A stretch of 64,000 nt of DNA from Candidatus Parcubacteria bacterium (GTDB taxonomy: Bacteria > Patescibacteriota > Minisyncoccia > Phycocordibacterales > CAIZLB01). Below are positions 61,086-64,000 of this stretch, piece by piece (positions within the stretch are counted from its first letter, which is position 1; each line of letters begins with the position of its first letter). Below the pieces are notes generated by a model that was not told where the DNA came from, did no database searches, and worked only from the letters and a program-made list of their open reading frames with translations. The DNA is taken from contig JAYUPL010000007.1 in assembly GCA_043760135.1 (NCBI GenBank), forward strand, positions 64,106 through 128,105. The letters run 5' to 3'. Position numbers and translations under genes: made by a program.

Positions 61086-61220
61086 ACGGTGGTGTTTTTA
61101 GTTGTAGTCTGGGATGACGGCAACGCCTATTTTTCAATAGACACTTTCATCCATAAGTACTTTGTCTTTCAACAAAGTCCGCAGCAAGCCGATTGGTTAT
61201 TTTCTGTCCTTCAGATTACG
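61064..61220 (-). ncRNA. Conserved structured RNA, copy 2
   Basis: TTGACA(61254-49)-16-TAAAAT; GAAA-capped stems with G-U pairs on the minus strand; terminator 61064-61103. Confidence 0.8.
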
Positions 61221-61429
61221 TTGTTTATTTTAGCAAAATATATTTTATTGTCAAATTTTGTAAAAATAGCACCCTATAAAAGCGAAAAAGTGCCTGACAC
61301 CGCTTAGGGCACAGGACCTTTTTCTTCTGTGTTTTTATAATATCAAATCTCTGATTGTTGTCAAATTTTACCCCATAAAAAACAAAATCCGACAATGGAG
61401 TTCTTACATTTTTAGTATATAATAGACGC

Positions 61430-62068
61430 ATGAATAATGACGCAAATGACGAAATCAAAATAGATCTTGACACCGAACTTGACACTGACTTAGATATAAA
61501 ACTAGAGCCTTTAGTGCATGATATAGAGCCAGAAATTGTCCATGATGAAGATGACATTGTATCGGAAGATGAGTCAGAAAACCCAAAAGCAGCCATTAAA
61601 AAGCTTAAAGACGAACTTAAACAAGCTAAGCAGGATAAGATGGATATGCTGACAAACTGGCAAAAGGATAAAGCAGAATTCATCAATGCTAGAAAGCGAG
61701 ATGAAGATGCAAAGCAAGAGATCATCAAATATTCTAATCAAATGCTTATTGGAGACCTTCTTCCAATAATCGATGGCTATGAACAAGCTAAAGCACAACC
61801 AACCTGGAGTACTGTTGACGAAGCCTGGAGAAAAGGCATTGAAGCTATCATCGACAAAGTATACAGTGCACTTAAAAAAGTTGGCGTTGAATCATACGGA
61901 ACAGTTGGTGATCAATTCGATCCAAATATTTACGAAGCATTAGGGCAAGATATTACAACAGAAAAAGAAAAAGACCACACAGTTTCAATGATTATGCAAA
62001 AGGGATACAAACTTCATGACAAAGTCATACGAGTGGCACTGGTAAAAGTATTCCACTTCGAGCTATAA
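61430..62068 (+). CDS. grpE: Nucleotide exchange factor GrpE
   Basis: AEFINARKR, LLPIID, FDPNIYEA, QKGYKLHDKVIRVALVKV. Confidence 0.95.
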   Translation: MNNDANDEIKIDLDTELDTDLDIKLEPLVHDIEPEIVHDEDDIVSEDESENPKAAIKKLKDELKQAKQDKMDMLTNWQKDKAEFINARKRDEDAKQEIIKYSNQMLIGDLLPIIDGYEQAKAQPTWSTVDEAWRKGIEAIIDKVYSALKKVGVESYGTVGDQFDPNIYEALGQDITTEKEKDHTVSMIMQKGYKLHDKVIRVALVKVFHFEL

Positions 62069-62164
62069 ACCTTATTGACTTGACAGCTAGTGTATAATAG
62101 AGAGTACAAACAATTATTAATCATTATCAATTATTAATAAATAACGAAAAAATATATATAAATT

Positions 62165-64000
62165 ATGGCAAAAATACTAGGAATCGATTTAGGAACAACA
62201 AACTCAGCTGTCGCCATTATGGAGGTAGGTGAGCCAAAAATATTAGAAAATGCAGAGGGTGCTCGTACAACACCGTCAATTGTTGCGATATCTAAAACAG
62301 GCGAAAGACTTGTTGGACTATTGGCAAAGAGACAAGGTGTAACAAACCCTAAAAATACTGTTTTTGGTATTAAAAGATTTATCGGCCACTCATTTGACGA
62401 AAACAATGTGCAAAAAGATAAAGGTACTGTTCCTTTCGAGATCACTAAAACTGATACAAATGGTGTTGGTATTACAATGGCTGAAAAGACATATACTCCA
62501 GAGGAAGTATCAGCGATGATTTTAACAAAACTTAAAAATGATGCAGAGGCAAGAATCGGTGAGAAGATTACAGAAGCAGTTATCACTGTTCCTGCTTACT
62601 TTAACGATGCACAAAGACAAGCAACAAAAGATGCTGGCCGTATTGCAGGTCTTGATGTAAAAAGAATTATCAACGAGCCAACGGCTGCAGCTCTCGCATA
62701 TGGGTTTAATAAAAAAGCAGATGAAAAAATCGCAGTGTTTGACTTTGGAGGTGGAACATTTGATATTTCTATTCTTGAGGTTGGAGCAGACATTGTTGAG
62801 GTAAAATCAACAGATGGAGATGCACACCTTGGAGGAAAAGATATCGATCAAAAAATCATTCACTGGATTGCTGATGAATTTAAAAAGGAATCAGGTATCG
62901 ATGTTCGAAGTGATGCTTTGGCACTACAAAGACTTGATGAAGCAGCAGAAAAAGCAAAAATAGAATTATCTTCTGCAATCGATACTGAGATCAATATTCC
63001 ATTTATCACATCAGACGCTACAGGACCAAAACATTTGGTACTAAAAATGACTCGTGCAAAACTTGAAGAGATTGCCGATGAATTTATTACACGTGCTATT
63101 CAAATTACAAAAAGAGCAATCGAAGCATCACCTTATAAGATTGCTGATATTCAAGAAGTTATTCTTGTTGGAGGACAAACTCGTATGCCTAAGATTAAGG
63201 AGGCTGTAAAAGCATTGTTTGGTCGTGAACCAAATCAATCAATCAACCCAGATGAAGTGGTGGCCTTAGGAGCTGCAGTACAAGGAGGTATTCTAGGTGG
63301 TGACGTGAAAGATATTCTTCTGCTTGATGTTATTCCACTATCTCTTGGTATTGAAACTATGGGAGGGGTCGCAACTCATCTTATAGAAAGAAATACAACT
63401 ATTCCAACATCTCGTTCACAAGTATTCTCCACAGCGGCCGACAATCAAACATCGACTGAGATCCATATCGTGCAAGGAGAAAGAGCGATGGCAGGAGATA
63501 ATAAGTCTCTTGGACGTTTCGTTCTTGACGGTATTCCACCGGCACCACGAGGTATTCCTCAAGTTGAAGTTACCTTTGATGTTGATGCCAATGGTATCTT
63601 AAATGTGAAGGCTAAAGATAAAGCTTCAGGAAAAGAAAATACTATTAGAATCGAAGCTTCAACAGGTTTATCAAAAGATGATATCGAGCGTATGAAAAAA
63701 GAGGCTGAAGCTCATGAGGGTGAGGATAAGAAAAAGAAAGAATTGATAGAGGTGAGAAACACTGCAGATCAGGCTATTTACACAGCTGAGAAGAGTTTGA
63801 GAGAAAGCAAAGATAAGTTGTCAGCAGAGCTTGTGGCAGCTGTAGAGACAAAAATAGGTGCTTTAAGACTATCAAAAGATAAAGATGATATGAATGTTAT
63901 TAAGACTGATACCGATGCATTGTCGATGGAATTGGCTAAGGTGCATGATGAGATTGCGAAGGCAAATCCTGAGAATGCAGCGGGACAAGGTGGGGAAGGT
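62165..64000 (+). CDS. dnaK: Chaperone DnaK, 3' truncated by window edge
   Basis: [37 protein letters not shown]. Confidence 0.98.
   Translation, partial: MAKILGIDLGTTNSAVAIMEVGEPKILENAEGARTTPSIVAISKTGERLVGLLAKRQGVTNPKNTVFGIKRFIGHSFDENNVQKDKGTVPFEITKTDTNGVGITMAEKTYTPEEVSAMILTKLKNDAEARIGEKITEAVITVPAYFNDAQRQATKDAGRIAGLDVKRIINEPTAAALAYGFNKKADEKIAVFDFGGGTFDISILEVGADIVEVKSTDGDAHLGGKDIDQKIIHWIADEFKKESGIDVRSDALALQRLDEAAEKAKIELSSAIDTEINIPFITSDATGPKHLVLKMTRAKLEEIADEFITRAIQITKRAIEASPYKIADIQEVILVGGQTRMPKIKEAVKALFGREPNQSINPDEVVALGAAVQGGILGGDVKDILLLDVIPLSLGIETMGGVATHLIERNTTIPTSRSQVFSTAADNQTSTEIHIVQGERAMAGDNKSLGRFVLDGIPPAPRGIPQVEVTFDVDANGILNVKAKDKASGKENTIRIEASTGLSKDDIERMKKEAEAHEGEDKKKKELIEVRNTADQAIYTAEKSLRESKDKLSAELVAAVETKIGALRLSKDKDDMNVIKTDTDALSMELAKVHDEIAKANPENAAGQGGEG

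Noticed and set aside
61104-61219. Hammerhead ribozyme reading of the conserved RNA (GAUGA...GAAA)
   Set aside because: The CUGANGA core is absent and the GAAA motifs are stem-capping tetraloops.
61089-61307. 72-aa ORF overlapping the conserved RNA
   Set aside because: The homologous copy at 54.2 kb has no equivalent ORF in the track, and the conservation pattern follows base pairing rather than codons.
61260-61320. CIRCE operator upstream of grpE-dnaK
   Set aside because: TAGCACC half-site present, but no GAGTGCTAA at 9-bp spacing.
1306-62793. Numerous antisense or nested ORFs in the track (e.g. 1306-1629, 9501-9926, 46841-47347, 61225-61728, 62134-62586)
   Set aside because: Shadow frames of well-supported genes or tRNAs on the opposite strand, with no independent motifs.
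1-64000. CRISPR array, cas genes, integrase or transposase
   Set aside because: No regularly spaced repeat-spacer array and no recognisable motifs for these proteins.

Overview
Low-GC bacterial chromosome segment. It looks like Patescibacteria/Parcubacteria (CPR); this is inferred from the VirB2/TrbC-like pilin array, a sigma70-r4/HARE-HTH protein, a short UvrC and widespread leaderless genes. It carries housekeeping genes (miaA, umuDC, rpsP, mreB/mreC/pbp2, uvrC, frr, rseP, secA, tsaD, gyrA, rpmJ, rpsM-rpsK-rpsD-rpoA-rplQ-rplM-rpsI, grpE, dnaK), six tRNAs, an ~12 kb surface-glycan locus with an O-antigen-ligase/OTase-like gene, and pilin-like genes. The main unexplained signal is five dispersed stand-alone nuclease/toxin-like genes: two PemK/MazF, one DUF3800, and two paralogous BECR/RelE-like small proteins. 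All five share (i) one upstream promoter architecture, three CTTTAT-like direct repeats at 11-bp period lying 11 bp before a -10 box, and (ii) a convergently transcribed, structured small RNA downstream with its own TTGAC(A/T)-16-TAnnAT promoter. None has an adjacent protein antitoxin. Two of the RNAs are clearly homologous, with covarying GNRA-capped stems. Three further pairs of structured intergenic elements were found, one of them linked to tRNAs. All assignments were made by eye; no searches or folding programs were run.
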